A stretch of DNA of 26,215 bases from Candidatus Hermodarchaeota archaeon (GCA_016839805.1 JAEOTO010000034.1:1-26215); one strand, 5' to 3'; shown: positions 7,869 to 17,108, counted from the stretch's first letter. Notes: generated by a model from the sequence alone, not told the origin. Made by a program: numbers and translations.

Positions 7869-9038
7869 TCAGGTATTTGTTTTGATGACAACTTTCCGTT
7901 CTTTGCCTGTTAGCATGTGGCTCATGGCATGCGCCTTAGCCATGAGGGTATTCTTATCACTTCGACTAACTCGCTGGAAAAGCTGGATAGTCAGTGTTTC
8001 TCCTGGTTTTTGAAAAACGCGGTTCCAGATGCCCACGATTTTCCCGTTGACAAGCACCGTGGGCTGTGCCTCGCCCCCGACATACACGTGCTTCTCGTGT
8101 TCGGCTTTCACTAATCGAGTTCGGAGCTGATAGCCCTTCGGATACGGGTCTTCGTAGGGCAGTAAGAGGGCTGGGAGTGATCGTGGAGCTTTGAACTTCT
8201 TCAAGACCTTATAATCGGATTCCAGCATAAGGTATTCGTCGGAGTGTTTCTTGATTTGGATGGGGAGCAGCTCGGATTCAAGGGCTGTTAATGCAGTTTG
8301 GATGGTTGTTTTCATTAGCCCGGTCCACCATGCAATATCTTGTTCGGTGACCGGGCCAAAGGTGCCAACGTAACGTTTCACTAGCTGAACCAACGCGTCT
8401 TCGGCGCTTAAGGATTCGAGGTTGAGGTGCGGATACACGGTGCGTAAAAGGGCATAACGGTTCGCATGTTGGGTCAAGATGGGATCTGCAAATTTCTCAC
8501 TGAAGATTTTGCCCTCTTGCATCAGCACAGTTAAGGTGATATTCACGTTTGTCATGCGAGAGACGTTTCTGCCAATCTGTCGTTCAATGGTGCGAACGAG
8601 TCCGGGAGTCATTGCCTGTTTAATTAGGCGTAGAGGTTTAGGACCATCTTTCAGCACAGTATATACCGAGTCTGCGATGCGCTGGTATTCAGAGTAGGGC
8701 ATCCTCCACCCTTCAAGCAGCTGCTTAATTTGGGCTTCTGGCATACGGGTGGCTTGAAATGCCATGGGAGCCAATGTTGTTGACATGATGAACAGGGTCC
8801 GGCGCATGGCTCCAAGTCGAATCAAGGTTCGGTTCACGTAGAGTTCTTGGTCTAATGCGCTACGCTGAAACTTGATCATCCGGGCAAACAAGGAGAGGTA
8901 GGGCGTCGTGGCACTGGTAGCATGCAAGCCGATAATGTCGTCGACGACCTCAAGCACACTAGCTGCGTGTGAGGCCTCTAACAGGTGCTGTTTATGGAGG
9001 AGGTACTTGTTCACCGCATCCTCTTTCACTTTCTGCAT
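7869..9038 (-). CDS. HTH_42 winged-helix protein, AlkZ-like DNA glycosylase family
   Basis: IGLHAT...PYLSLFAR, MRRTLF, YVGTFGPVTEQDIAWWTG, LLPYEDPY and PTVLVNGKIVGIW. Likely ATG at 9038. Confidence 0.88.
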   Translation of the reverse strand: MQKVKEDAVNKYLLHKQHLLEASHAASVLEVVDDIIGLHATSATTPYLSLFARMIKFQRSALDQELYVNRTLIRLGAMRRTLFIMSTTLAPMAFQATRMPEAQIKQLLEGWRMPYSEYQRIADSVYTVLKDGPKPLRLIKQAMTPGLVRTIERQIGRNVSRMTNVNITLTVLMQEGKIFSEKFADPILTQHANRYALLRTVYPHLNLESLSAEDALVQLVKRYVGTFGPVTEQDIAWWTGLMKTTIQTALTALESELLPIQIKKHSDEYLMLESDYKVLKKFKAPRSLPALLLPYEDPYPKGYQLRTRLVKAEHEKHVYVGGEAQPTVLVNGKIVGIWNRVFQKPGETLTIQLFQRVSRSDKNTLMAKAHAMSHMLTGKERKVVIKTNT

Positions 9039-9185
9039 AGTAAACCCTGATGTCGCTTGATGATTTACATCTTTTTGATTTGTCTTGAATATAAATCCGC
9101 AAGACACACGTTATTATCTTTTAAGTTGGGAGGAAAATCCCATATCAGTGAATAACGTCGGAAATACGAATTGAATCCATCGGTT

Positions 9186-9333
9186 TTTTATATCAACAGA
9201 CGGAATAGGGCGGATTGTTGCTTGGAAGGAAGGTTTCGCCATACTATCGAAGCGTAATAGCTAATCCAGTCTTACTAGGGACTGACACCTTCCACAATTC
9301 ATAGACATTAATTGGCTACAGGAGCAAAGGAAT
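9186..9333 (+). promoter_or_regulatory. TATA-like box and long structured 5' leader of the 829-aa surface protein
   Basis: TTTTATAT at 9186. Stems TGGAAGG/CCTTCCA (9223-9229/9288-9294), GTTTCG/CGAAGC and CAGTC/GACTG. Confidence 0.4.
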
Positions 9334-11823
9334 ATGATATATAAAATAAATTCAACCATTTCTCATCCAAAACTAGGTGCTTTATTTCTGATTTCAGTTC
9401 TCCTGATCTTCCCTCCACTTTTCTCTTCAACATTAATCAGCATAACTAGTGCTTCTGAATCTGCTGTATCTTTGTCTTTGAGTGCGGAGATACCAGAAAT
9501 TCACATTCAGCCCCGAGAACTGTATTCAGGGGGCTCTGTGGCATTAGCTACTCCTCCGCCACCGGCGGTCTCTGATATCCTATGGAATCGGACATATGGG
9601 GGTACATTAGATGATAATGGATTAGCACTCCTCGAATGTGCAGATAAGGGCTTCATAATTACTGGGGATGCCCGTAGTTTTGGTGCGGGTGGTCTGGACA
9701 TCTTTGTGGTCCGAACAGATCCCTTAGGATATCTCTTATGGAACCACACGTTCGGTGGAACCGGGGATGATGGCAGTCTTTCAATCGTTGCCTGTGACGA
9801 TGGCGGCTTCGCTATCGCAGGATTGACAAATAGCTTTGGTGCCGGTGGGAGTGATATGTGGGTTATCCGAATCGATGCTAATGGCAATCATCTCTGGAAC
9901 CAAACCTACGGAACTGTGGGAGGAGAAACTGGTCGATCAATCGTAAAATGTACTAGTGGTGGGTTTGCCATCACAGGTTGGACTAGTACGACAGGTGATA
10001 CCGATGCTTGGTTGGTCCGTATTGACGCGAATGGCAATGAACTTTGGAATCAAACATATGGTTATGATCCAGATGTTCATACTAGTAATGATCGAGGCTA
10101 CTCGTTGGTAGAATGTTCAGACGGAGGTTTTGGAATTGTTGGATATACTCTGGGTCCTACTCAAGAGACGGGTGATGAGGATATCTGGCTAATTCGAACC
10201 GATAACAGTGGAAATCATCTATGGAACTACACCTATGGTGGTGCTGACAGAGATTGGGGACAAGGACTAACCCTATGTCGGAATGGTGATTTTGCCATCA
10301 CCGGCTATACCCACTCTTGGGGCTCAGGTGGTACTGGTACGAACAATTTTCTTGTGCGCACTGACTCTAATGGAAATGAGTTGTGGCACCGCGCTTACTC
10401 AGGATCATATCCTGACTATGCTTATTCGGTCAAAGAATTACGCAGTGGAGGCTTTGCCCTTGCTGGCATTTGGAGTTGGTCGGGCATGTGGGTTGAATGT
10501 ACTAACAGCACTGGTTACACCCAATGGCGAGGTGCGTATGGTGGTCACGGTTACGATGTAATTGAGTGCAGTGGAGGTGGTCTCGCGCTCATCGGACGGA
10601 CTTCCGCCTTTGGAGCAGGAGGATTTGACATGCGTCTTGTACGGTTACAGCCAGTCCGTTGGATCGAAACGCCTACCGACCAGATATATGAATGGGGTGA
10701 AAGTTTCCGATATGATTTGAATGCTACTTCGGATGCAAGTATTGATTCTTGGTGGTTAAATGACACATCCGTCTTTACCATTGATACAATGGGAGTCATT
10801 ACTAATCAAACCGCTCTTGGAATCGGAGAATATCCAATAGAGGTGTGTGTAAATGATACCCTAGACAATTGGAGTTGGGCAACCTTCACAATTACTGTCC
10901 AAGATACCACACCCCCAACGTGGGATCAAACACCGACGAACCAGCTCAGGGAATTCGGGACTGATTTCCAATATGACGTAAACGCCTCCGATTTAGGGGG
11001 CATCGATTATTACGCAATCAATGATACAATCAATTTTGCCATCAATCCTTCTACGGGAATCATTACAAATGCTACGGCTTTAGCTGTAGGAGCCTACGGC
11101 TTAGACATTTGGGCGTTCGATATCCATGCCCTTAACTGCACAGCCACAATTCAAATTACCATCGAAGACACGATTCCTCCACAATGGGACCAGTTACCCG
11201 TGAATCAGCTAATAGAGTTTGGTAATCCGTTTCTTTACGCTTTATTCGCCTCTGATCCCTTCGGCATTGATCATTGGTGGATAAATGATACAGGAAACTT
11301 TGCCATTAGTGCTGAAGGAATTGTCACCAATGAAACAATGTTACTTGTGGGCTCATACGGGCTGCGGGTACGGGCCTATGATGGTCACAACCTCTATTGT
11401 TCCGCGGACTTTACCATTATAGTCGAAGATACTACGTGTCCTGTTTGGGTTTCTGAACCCACCGACCAGGTGTTGGATTATGGACAAAATCTGGATTATC
11501 AACTTACAGCTTGGGATCTGTCCGGGATTGACCAATGGGGCATCAATGATACTGTCCACTTTGCCATCACCAACACAGGACGGATTGTTAACATGGTCCC
11601 CCTTGGATCAGGAACGTACTATCTCCTAGTCACCGTCGATGATATCTACAACAATGAGTTATCAGTAACTATCGCCATTTTCGTTCGCACGACGACTCTT
11701 GATGGTACATCACCACTTCTCCTGTTATTACTTGGAGGAGGAATCGCTGGAGGCGTAATAATTACTCTCCTGATAGTAGGAATAGTATATTTCCTGATGC
11801 GTCGTAAGAAACCCAACACCTAA
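9334..11823 (+). CDS. Membrane-anchored surface glycoprotein: signal peptide, beta-propeller-like repeats, four Ig/cadherin-like repeats, C-terminal TM helix
   Basis: LWNxTYGG...GGFAIxG repeats. DTxPPxWxxxPxxQ repeats of about 87 aa. Many NxS/T sequons. C-terminal TM followed by RRKK. Confidence 0.9.
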   Translation: MIYKINSTISHPKLGALFLISVLLIFPPLFSSTLISITSASESAVSLSLSAEIPEIHIQPRELYSGGSVALATPPPPAVSDILWNRTYGGTLDDNGLALLECADKGFIITGDARSFGAGGLDIFVVRTDPLGYLLWNHTFGGTGDDGSLSIVACDDGGFAIAGLTNSFGAGGSDMWVIRIDANGNHLWNQTYGTVGGETGRSIVKCTSGGFAITGWTSTTGDTDAWLVRIDANGNELWNQTYGYDPDVHTSNDRGYSLVECSDGGFGIVGYTLGPTQETGDEDIWLIRTDNSGNHLWNYTYGGADRDWGQGLTLCRNGDFAITGYTHSWGSGGTGTNNFLVRTDSNGNELWHRAYSGSYPDYAYSVKELRSGGFALAGIWSWSGMWVECTNSTGYTQWRGAYGGHGYDVIECSGGGLALIGRTSAFGAGGFDMRLVRLQPVRWIETPTDQIYEWGESFRYDLNATSDASIDSWWLNDTSVFTIDTMGVITNQTALGIGEYPIEVCVNDTLDNWSWATFTITVQDTTPPTWDQTPTNQLREFGTDFQYDVNASDLGGIDYYAINDTINFAINPSTGIITNATALAVGAYGLDIWAFDIHALNCTATIQITIEDTIPPQWDQLPVNQLIEFGNPFLYALFASDPFGIDHWWINDTGNFAISAEGIVTNETMLLVGSYGLRVRAYDGHNLYCSADFTIIVEDTTCPVWVSEPTDQVLDYGQNLDYQLTAWDLSGIDQWGINDTVHFAITNTGRIVNMVPLGSGTYYLLVTVDDIYNNELSVTIAIFVRTTTLDGTSPLLLLLLGGGIAGGVIITLLIVGIVYFLMRRKKPNT

Positions 11824-11939
11824 AATCAAATATCAATCCACCTTTCGTCGTAGGGTACTCCCGAAGAAAACAGTCCATAGTGATACCCTGTAATCCAATT
11901 GGACAGAACATTTATGCACATCATAACGACAAGGGATGG

Positions 11940-12101
11940 GATACCTTCTAAGGGGTGTTCAGTTGATGGATGCATCATCGACGAATCGACTACAGGAAGG
12001 AACGGCCATTATCAGAGATGCCAGTCATGGTGCTGCTAGCCAGGGCTGAGCCGAGTGACCAAGGGTATCTGAACGAAGACCACACCCCTTGTGGGAGGGT
12101 G
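11940..12101 (+). promoter_or_regulatory. Candidate cis-regulatory structured RNA leader (riboswitch-like)
   Basis: Long-range stem AAGGGGTGT/ACACCCCTT, GTTCAG/CTGAAC, internal hairpins, and an alternative CACCC/GGGTG pairing over the RBS. Confidence 0.45.
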
Positions 12102-12106
12102 AAATA

Positions 12107-12211
12107 TTGAGTAAAAGACGGCTTGCGTTTTTAACGATACTTAGCTTACTACTCTTTGCTTACGTTCTGGGTGCTCCAGTGACGATGATTCCCTATCTGA
12201 TAAACGTGTGA
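12107..12211 (+). CDS. Small hydrophobic ORF (34 aa) or truncated signal-peptide remnant
   Basis: GGGAGGG RBS then TTG. Translates to MSKRRLAFLTILSLLLFAYVLGAPVTMIPYLINV. Overlaps the convergent gene by 19 nt. Confidence 0.55.
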   Translation: MSKRRLAFLTILSLLLFAYVLGAPVTMIPYLINV

Positions 12212-13191
12212 TATTTTTTCGGAATCTCAAAGCCAAACTTACAGTGCAACGCACCCGTCAATGCCGTTTCAATCAGTTCCATAGTGACTGGTTGATCAAA
12301 GATAACGTCCCAGTATTTTTTGGTAAATCCAGCACTGCAATGGCAGAAATTCGCTGATATTTCGTGTTCGATGCTGTTTTTAATCGCTCCACGGACCCAA
12401 GGACAATAACACACGTAGTATCGTTTCATCGCCTCGTTGTCAGCTGTGAGCATTGCTTTGATTTGATAGGGAATTTTTGTGTTGATAATTTGGGTCCCGT
12501 CGCGAATCCCAGGCGAGATGGTGGGAGTATTTTCTGCATAGGCGATGACATCGTCATCGACGTATTGGGCATATTCTAATGTGCCATCCTTTTGATGTTG
12601 GCGGAGGCGATCGACGAGTTCTTGGTGCTTGACTTTCAGGAATTTATCAATATCGCCTAATTGGAGCAGAAGCTCTCGATCTTTTTGTGCCGGTTCAATC
12701 GGACGGCCATGCAAGCACGGTGCGAGTAATGCAATTGTTTCCTCTTCACCCAGGTGCTGTTCAAGGCGTTGCATCACGACTTTAGTGACAGCGGGTTTGG
12801 TTTCGGGATCTACACCTAGAGGAGGGAGCTGAATACAGGCAAAAATCTCATCACGGACCTGTTCTCCGTATTGTTCCGCTACCCGGTCATACAGATTATC
12901 CATGGCATTATAGGCTTCTGCGATATCAAGGATTTCAGCGATGTAATCATACTTTTGTGCGAAATTACCATAATGGATTAAGGCGCGAAGCAATTCCAGC
13001 ACAGCATCATTATTGTTGGACACTAACGCTTCGGTATATTCCAAGATTTTTCCAACGGGAATAGAGTCCAGATCAATCTTATCTGCTTTCAGAAAATCTT
13101 GCAGCTCATGTAATCGCCCAATAAAGGCTCTAGCCTGTTTTTCATCGATGTTTTTATCCAATAGATACGCTTGAAATGCTGCTTTATCCAT
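12193..13191 (-). CDS. DUF6144-like Cys-motif protein (V4R-like metal-binding C-terminus)
   Basis: PCLH, CYCPW, FCHCSAGF and ALTGALHCKF motifs; GGTGG RBS. Confidence 0.65.
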   Translation of the reverse strand: MDKAAFQAYLLDKNIDEKQARAFIGRLHELQDFLKADKIDLDSIPVGKILEYTEALVSNNNDAVLELLRALIHYGNFAQKYDYIAEILDIAEAYNAMDNLYDRVAEQYGEQVRDEIFACIQLPPLGVDPETKPAVTKVVMQRLEQHLGEEETIALLAPCLHGRPIEPAQKDRELLLQLGDIDKFLKVKHQELVDRLRQHQKDGTLEYAQYVDDDVIAYAENTPTISPGIRDGTQIINTKIPYQIKAMLTADNEAMKRYYVCYCPWVRGAIKNSIEHEISANFCHCSAGFTKKYWDVIFDQPVTMELIETALTGALHCKFGFEIPKKYHTFIR

Positions 13192-13423
13192 AACGATCCA
13201 CCATCTCCTTCTTACTCGATTTACTGGAATATTATTTCATGGTTCCTAGTTGGTTCATAAAATCACAGAAAGTGCTCCATGAGGTGGGATTTCCGAATTA
13301 CATAGTTCATAATTTTAGATTGATTAGTTATCTTCTATTCTTTTCATCAAATTGAGTTCAACCACCTACCCCCCTAGTTTTTTAGGAGGTTGAAGGGTAA
13401 TAGGGTAGCTTGAGGCTGTTATT

Positions 13424-14089
13424 TTGTTCAAAGCTGCTAACATAAAGTTCTCAGAAATGAAGAACAAAGATATCCTTGATAATAAGGGGCAAAAAATTGG
13501 ACGCGTCATTGATTTTCACTTCCTGTATGAAGGCGGGAAAGTCAATCTCAAGAGCATCGTGATGGGTGGCGGTCGAATTGAAGAATTCCTGGAATCAGTC
13601 GGCCTTCGAGCCGATATTGATCCATTCTTCCCGCTGGAAGTAATTGACCGCTTTGAAAACAATCAATTGCATCTCAAAGTTGAGTACGAAAAACTCACCA
13701 AGCCTGTGGAGTTGGGTCCAAACGAGATGCGACTCTCCACCCTCTCCAAACGTAAAATCATTGATCTAGATAACAATAATATCGGAAATATCATCGATGT
13801 GGTGTTCGATGAGAAAGGGAGTCCCTGGTTTGTTGTTGGCGGAGGCTTTTTCGAAGAATTCTCCGAACGCATCGGCATTAGACCAGACATTGACCTCCTC
13901 GTTCCCCAAACATATGTGACCAACATTACCGAAGAAGCGATCAACATCAAATACTCTAAGATGCAGTTGTCCACGACAGCTGAAGCCGACTGGGAAGCAC
14001 ACAAACGAGAACTCACCAAAGAGCCGGTTCAGGTTGGCTCATCTCACCAGTTCTTATGGCTTAGCGAACCACCCGCACGCAGATACTAG
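13424..14089 (+). CDS. Tandem PRC-barrel domain protein
   Basis: Two homologous halves: ILDNKGQKIGRVIDF...GGGRIEEFLESVGLRADID and IIDLDNNNIGNIIDV...GGGFFEEFSERIGIRPDID. Confidence 0.85.
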   Translation: MFKAANIKFSEMKNKDILDNKGQKIGRVIDFHFLYEGGKVNLKSIVMGGGRIEEFLESVGLRADIDPFFPLEVIDRFENNQLHLKVEYEKLTKPVELGPNEMRLSTLSKRKIIDLDNNNIGNIIDVVFDEKGSPWFVVGGGFFEEFSERIGIRPDIDLLVPQTYVTNITEEAINIKYSKMQLSTTAEADWEAHKRELTKEPVQVGSSHQFLWLSEPPARRY

Positions 14090-14129
14090 CGTGCTACCCT
14101 TTCTGCACACATAACAGGATAACCCCGTC

Positions 14130-14576
14130 CTATTCGCCCTCATACTTCCCTTTCAGCTCTTGAACCCAACGCTCCAATCCATGTTGCTGGATTTGACGAT
14201 TAGCCTCAATAACTTGTAGCAATCGTTCCTTCAAGGGACCCGTCGTTAATTTTTCACAGGGAAAATCTTGACATAGATAACAAAAATCAAGCTGCTTTTC
14301 GGCACAACAGGTGCGAACTGGGCAATCCGGCCACCAGGACCAGCCTCCACCCTGCTTACAGCCCTTACAGGCTTTATCCTGAGATGCCAGCCACTCTAGC
14401 CCTTTGAGAAAGTCATCAAAGTCAAAAGTTTTGATATTTCCCGCAATTAATCGAAGCGATTGGTATCGCTGCGCCAACTCTACCAGACGCTTAGCTGGTT
14501 CCACGAATAACCCACGATGATATGCACACCGTGCACACAGATACTTTCCACAATAAGAAACAGCTTCACTCTCCAT
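14130..14576 (-). CDS. DUF3795 domain Cys-rich protein
   Basis: YCGxxxCxxC, CxGC, CPVRTCC and FCYLCQDFPC; GAGGTG RBS. Confidence 0.85.
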   Translation of the reverse strand: MESEAVSYCGKYLCARCAYHRGLFVEPAKRLVELAQRYQSLRLIAGNIKTFDFDDFLKGLEWLASQDKACKGCKQGGGWSWWPDCPVRTCCAEKQLDFCYLCQDFPCEKLTTGPLKERLLQVIEANRQIQQHGLERWVQELKGKYEGE

Positions 14577-14626
14577 TGATCACACCTCTAACTATTCCTC
14601 TAATATTCATGGGAATAAGTGGATTT

Positions 14627-15322
14627 CTAGTCGGCAAACCGTTCATAGGGCGTTAAATCTCCGACCCAATCCTGTTGGTTCACAGGCCAACTGTATGAGG
14701 GACTGCGGGGCTTACAAACAATTTCACGAATCTCGACCTTTCCCCGTTCAAACAAATGCACCGAGTTTGCCGCGGTTACTACAATGGCGGTATCCAAACC
14801 CACCCACGACCCTGCTACTGCCACCACTTCTTCCCCTTCTACTAAGACACCGTTATCAGTTGCCATAAGCACAACTCCCACGCAGACAGCCGTTCCTGGA
14901 CTAAATAGGCGTAAACACTGTCGGAATAGGGAACCCAGGGTGGGGATTTTCTGATGCTCGAATACTGCTCCCACATTGTACAAGGGATCTGTCGCTCGAA
15001 TCATGGTTGCACCACTCTCAACCAACTGCGCCCAAATCCCGGAATCGGGGATACCAATTTTCAGATCCCCAATAGTTGTGCCTTTAATTTTGGTCCCTGC
15101 CGCTGATGTAACCACGATAAGCTTAATCGGTGATCCCTTTAGCAGTTTTGTGGCTTTCAGTGCACTCAAACCTGTTTCTGATGCTACTACGAGTTTATTC
15201 AGTTCTAATTGCTGCACCCGTTCGATAGCTAATTCTAAGGTTTTTTCTGTGTTCACGCTACCACAGACATCAAAATAGAAAATCGATTGCAGTCGACCCA
15301 TTTGCTTTGTCAAATACAACAC
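14627..15322 (-). CDS. Stand-alone pyruvate kinase C-terminal alpha/beta domain protein (COG1751-like); start uncertain
   Basis: NTEKTLELA, LVVASETGLSA, MATDNG, EEVVAVAGS..GLDTAIV and REIVCKP. Confidence 0.85.
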   Translation of the reverse strand: MLYLTKQMGRLQSIFYFDVCGSVNTEKTLELAIERVQQLELNKLVVASETGLSALKATKLLKGSPIKLIVVTSAAGTKIKGTTIGDLKIGIPDSGIWAQLVESGATMIRATDPLYNVGAVFEHQKIPTLGSLFRQCLRLFSPGTAVCVGVVLMATDNGVLVEGEEVVAVAGSWVGLDTAIVVTAANSVHLFERGKVEIREIVCKPRSPSYSWPVNQQDWVGDLTPYERFAD

Positions 15323-15434
15323 TCCCTATAGCCCATTGGGCAGTTAAAGAGAACCTAAAAAGGCACTACATTAACCTCGTCGTAGCGGCAACGTAATCGA
15401 ATACGCCAAGCTCTAAATCAGTCTCCGGAGTGCT

Positions 15435-16901
15435 CTATTTCTCTTCGATTTTCGCTAAAGATTTGGCAAAATTCTTCTTTTCTTCCAAGTTTGCCATACG
15501 ACCAATCATTATCCGTTGAGCTTGAGGCGACCCTGCTCCATGCATAGATTCGGTTAAGTATCCCACCGCGGCACGTCCCAATGTAAGATTTTCAATTAAT
15601 CGGAGAATTTTCATCCGATCAACTGTGTTGATGCCTTCGGCACCCACCAGATATTTTTCAATGAGTCTTCGTGTTTCTGGGTCCTGTAATTCTTTTGCAC
15701 TAGGACAGGTCACGAACAGTCCTCCGGCGATGTCTTGGAGCAATCGTGCGATTTCGAATGGAAATCGTGTTACATTCTGTTTACACACATTCGCCAACAG
15801 GATATCCACCAGATAATTTCCTGCGCCCGTTACTGTCCCACATGATGAACATGCCATCCCACAGGCATACAGCGTTTCATTCAAATGAATCATCTCAGTA
15901 ATTTTGTCCCGAATGTGAGACGCATTTTGAACCCCATTATATTCTGCAATCGTGGCTGCTGCCCCAATCAAAACGTCTCCCACACCGACCTTGCATCCAC
16001 CGTAACTTTGGCGGTGATAGGCTGCAAAGCTTTCCACAAGGCGTCCACAAAATTCTGACTCGCCATCCATGAAGATTCGCTCATGGGGCACAAAGACATC
16101 CTCAAAAATCACAAGGCATTCTTGACCACCATACTCTGGATTTCCACAGTCAATATCCCCTTCGGCACTCTGATCCAATCGCCGTAAATCACTGGCTTGC
16201 CTTCCATAAAAATAGGTAATCCCTTTTGCATCTGCGGGAACCGCACAACAAATCGTGAACTTCTTCTCCGCATCGCGCATAGCCAGGGTTGGCATGAGCA
16301 AGTGTTCATGTGAATTGACTGCACCGGTTTGGTGTGCTTTCGCTCCCCGAATAGTTACCCCGTCGTCATGACGTTCGACCACGTGTACATATACATCCGG
16401 ATCCTTTTGCTCGGAAGGCCGTTTACTCCGATCCCCTTTAGGATCAGTCATACAGCCATCAATCACCCAATCATGAGCTTCGACTCGTTTCATGTAATCG
16501 ATGAACCGTTGGTGATATCCCGTCTTACACGCCTGGTCAATCTCGTAGGTTGTTAAATACACGGCGTTCAGGGCATCCATGCCCACACAACGTTGGAAGC
16601 ATGTGCCGCAGCGTTGTCCTAACAATCGCAGCATTTGGACCTTTTTCTCGAGGTCCTTAGTGCTTTGATGCAGGTGACAAAACCGGTTAATGGTATTTCC
16701 TGTTAATGAGGAGGTTGCTGTCATTATCTCTTGGTATTGGGCTTGATGGGCTAAAGCATAGGTAAGCGCGATGGAATTTATTGACGATTGAACAAGAGGA
16801 TGCGACAATGGATCCGTAAGCTGTTCACCTGCAAAGAACACCTTCAAAGGGCCACGCATTTGTAAACTCTTTCGATACTCGTCAGCTGTCATTAACACCA
16901 T
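15435..16901 (-). CDS. abfD: 4-hydroxybutyryl-CoA dehydratase / vinylacetyl-CoA isomerase
   Basis: [4Fe-4S] ligands in CFQRCVGMD and HRQSYGGCK, plus MTDPKGDRS, GAKAHQTG and TESMHGAGSPQAQR. Confidence 0.95.
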   Translation of the reverse strand: MVLMTADEYRKSLQMRGPLKVFFAGEQLTDPLSHPLVQSSINSIALTYALAHQAQYQEIMTATSSLTGNTINRFCHLHQSTKDLEKKVQMLRLLGQRCGTCFQRCVGMDALNAVYLTTYEIDQACKTGYHQRFIDYMKRVEAHDWVIDGCMTDPKGDRSKRPSEQKDPDVYVHVVERHDDGVTIRGAKAHQTGAVNSHEHLLMPTLAMRDAEKKFTICCAVPADAKGITYFYGRQASDLRRLDQSAEGDIDCGNPEYGGQECLVIFEDVFVPHERIFMDGESEFCGRLVESFAAYHRQSYGGCKVGVGDVLIGAAATIAEYNGVQNASHIRDKITEMIHLNETLYACGMACSSCGTVTGAGNYLVDILLANVCKQNVTRFPFEIARLLQDIAGGLFVTCPSAKELQDPETRRLIEKYLVGAEGINTVDRMKILRLIENLTLGRAAVGYLTESMHGAGSPQAQRIMIGRMANLEEKKNFAKSLAKIEEK

Positions 16902-17090
16902 GCAAATCCAACCTTACTTGAAGTGTCTACACAGCATATCACAGCTAGAAGACTACTTTTAGATTTCTAAAGAGAAAACAATTTACTGGAGAAAATGTGG
17001 TTACCCCCCTTCATCTAGTCTAGTACCTGTAAGTTTTGAAATGTGAACAGAATCTGTTTGTTTGTGCTGGTGTAATGTTGGCTTGATTCG

Positions 17091-17108
17091 ATTTCAATAC
17101 ATTGAAAT
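17091..17108. promoter_or_regulatory. Palindromic operator candidate in the divergent abfD/flavoprotein intergenic region
   Basis: ATTTCAAT-AC-ATTGAAAT, 39 bp upstream of the GTG at 17148. Confidence 0.45.

Noticed and set aside
9128-9320. RNase P RNA or fluoride riboswitch
   Set aside because: Only fragments resemble the consensus (GAGGAAAATCC; TTCGCCATA...TGACACC). The required P4 helix or pseudoknot pairings and spacing are absent.
15435-16901. Autotrophic 3HP/4HB or DC/4HB cycle
   Set aside because: abfD alone is not diagnostic; it also serves 4-aminobutyrate/succinate fermentation, and no other cycle genes are present in the window.
17091-17108. CRISPR repeat (ATTTCAAT...ATTGAAAT ends)
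   Set aside because: Single copy of 18 bp, no spacers, no cas genes.
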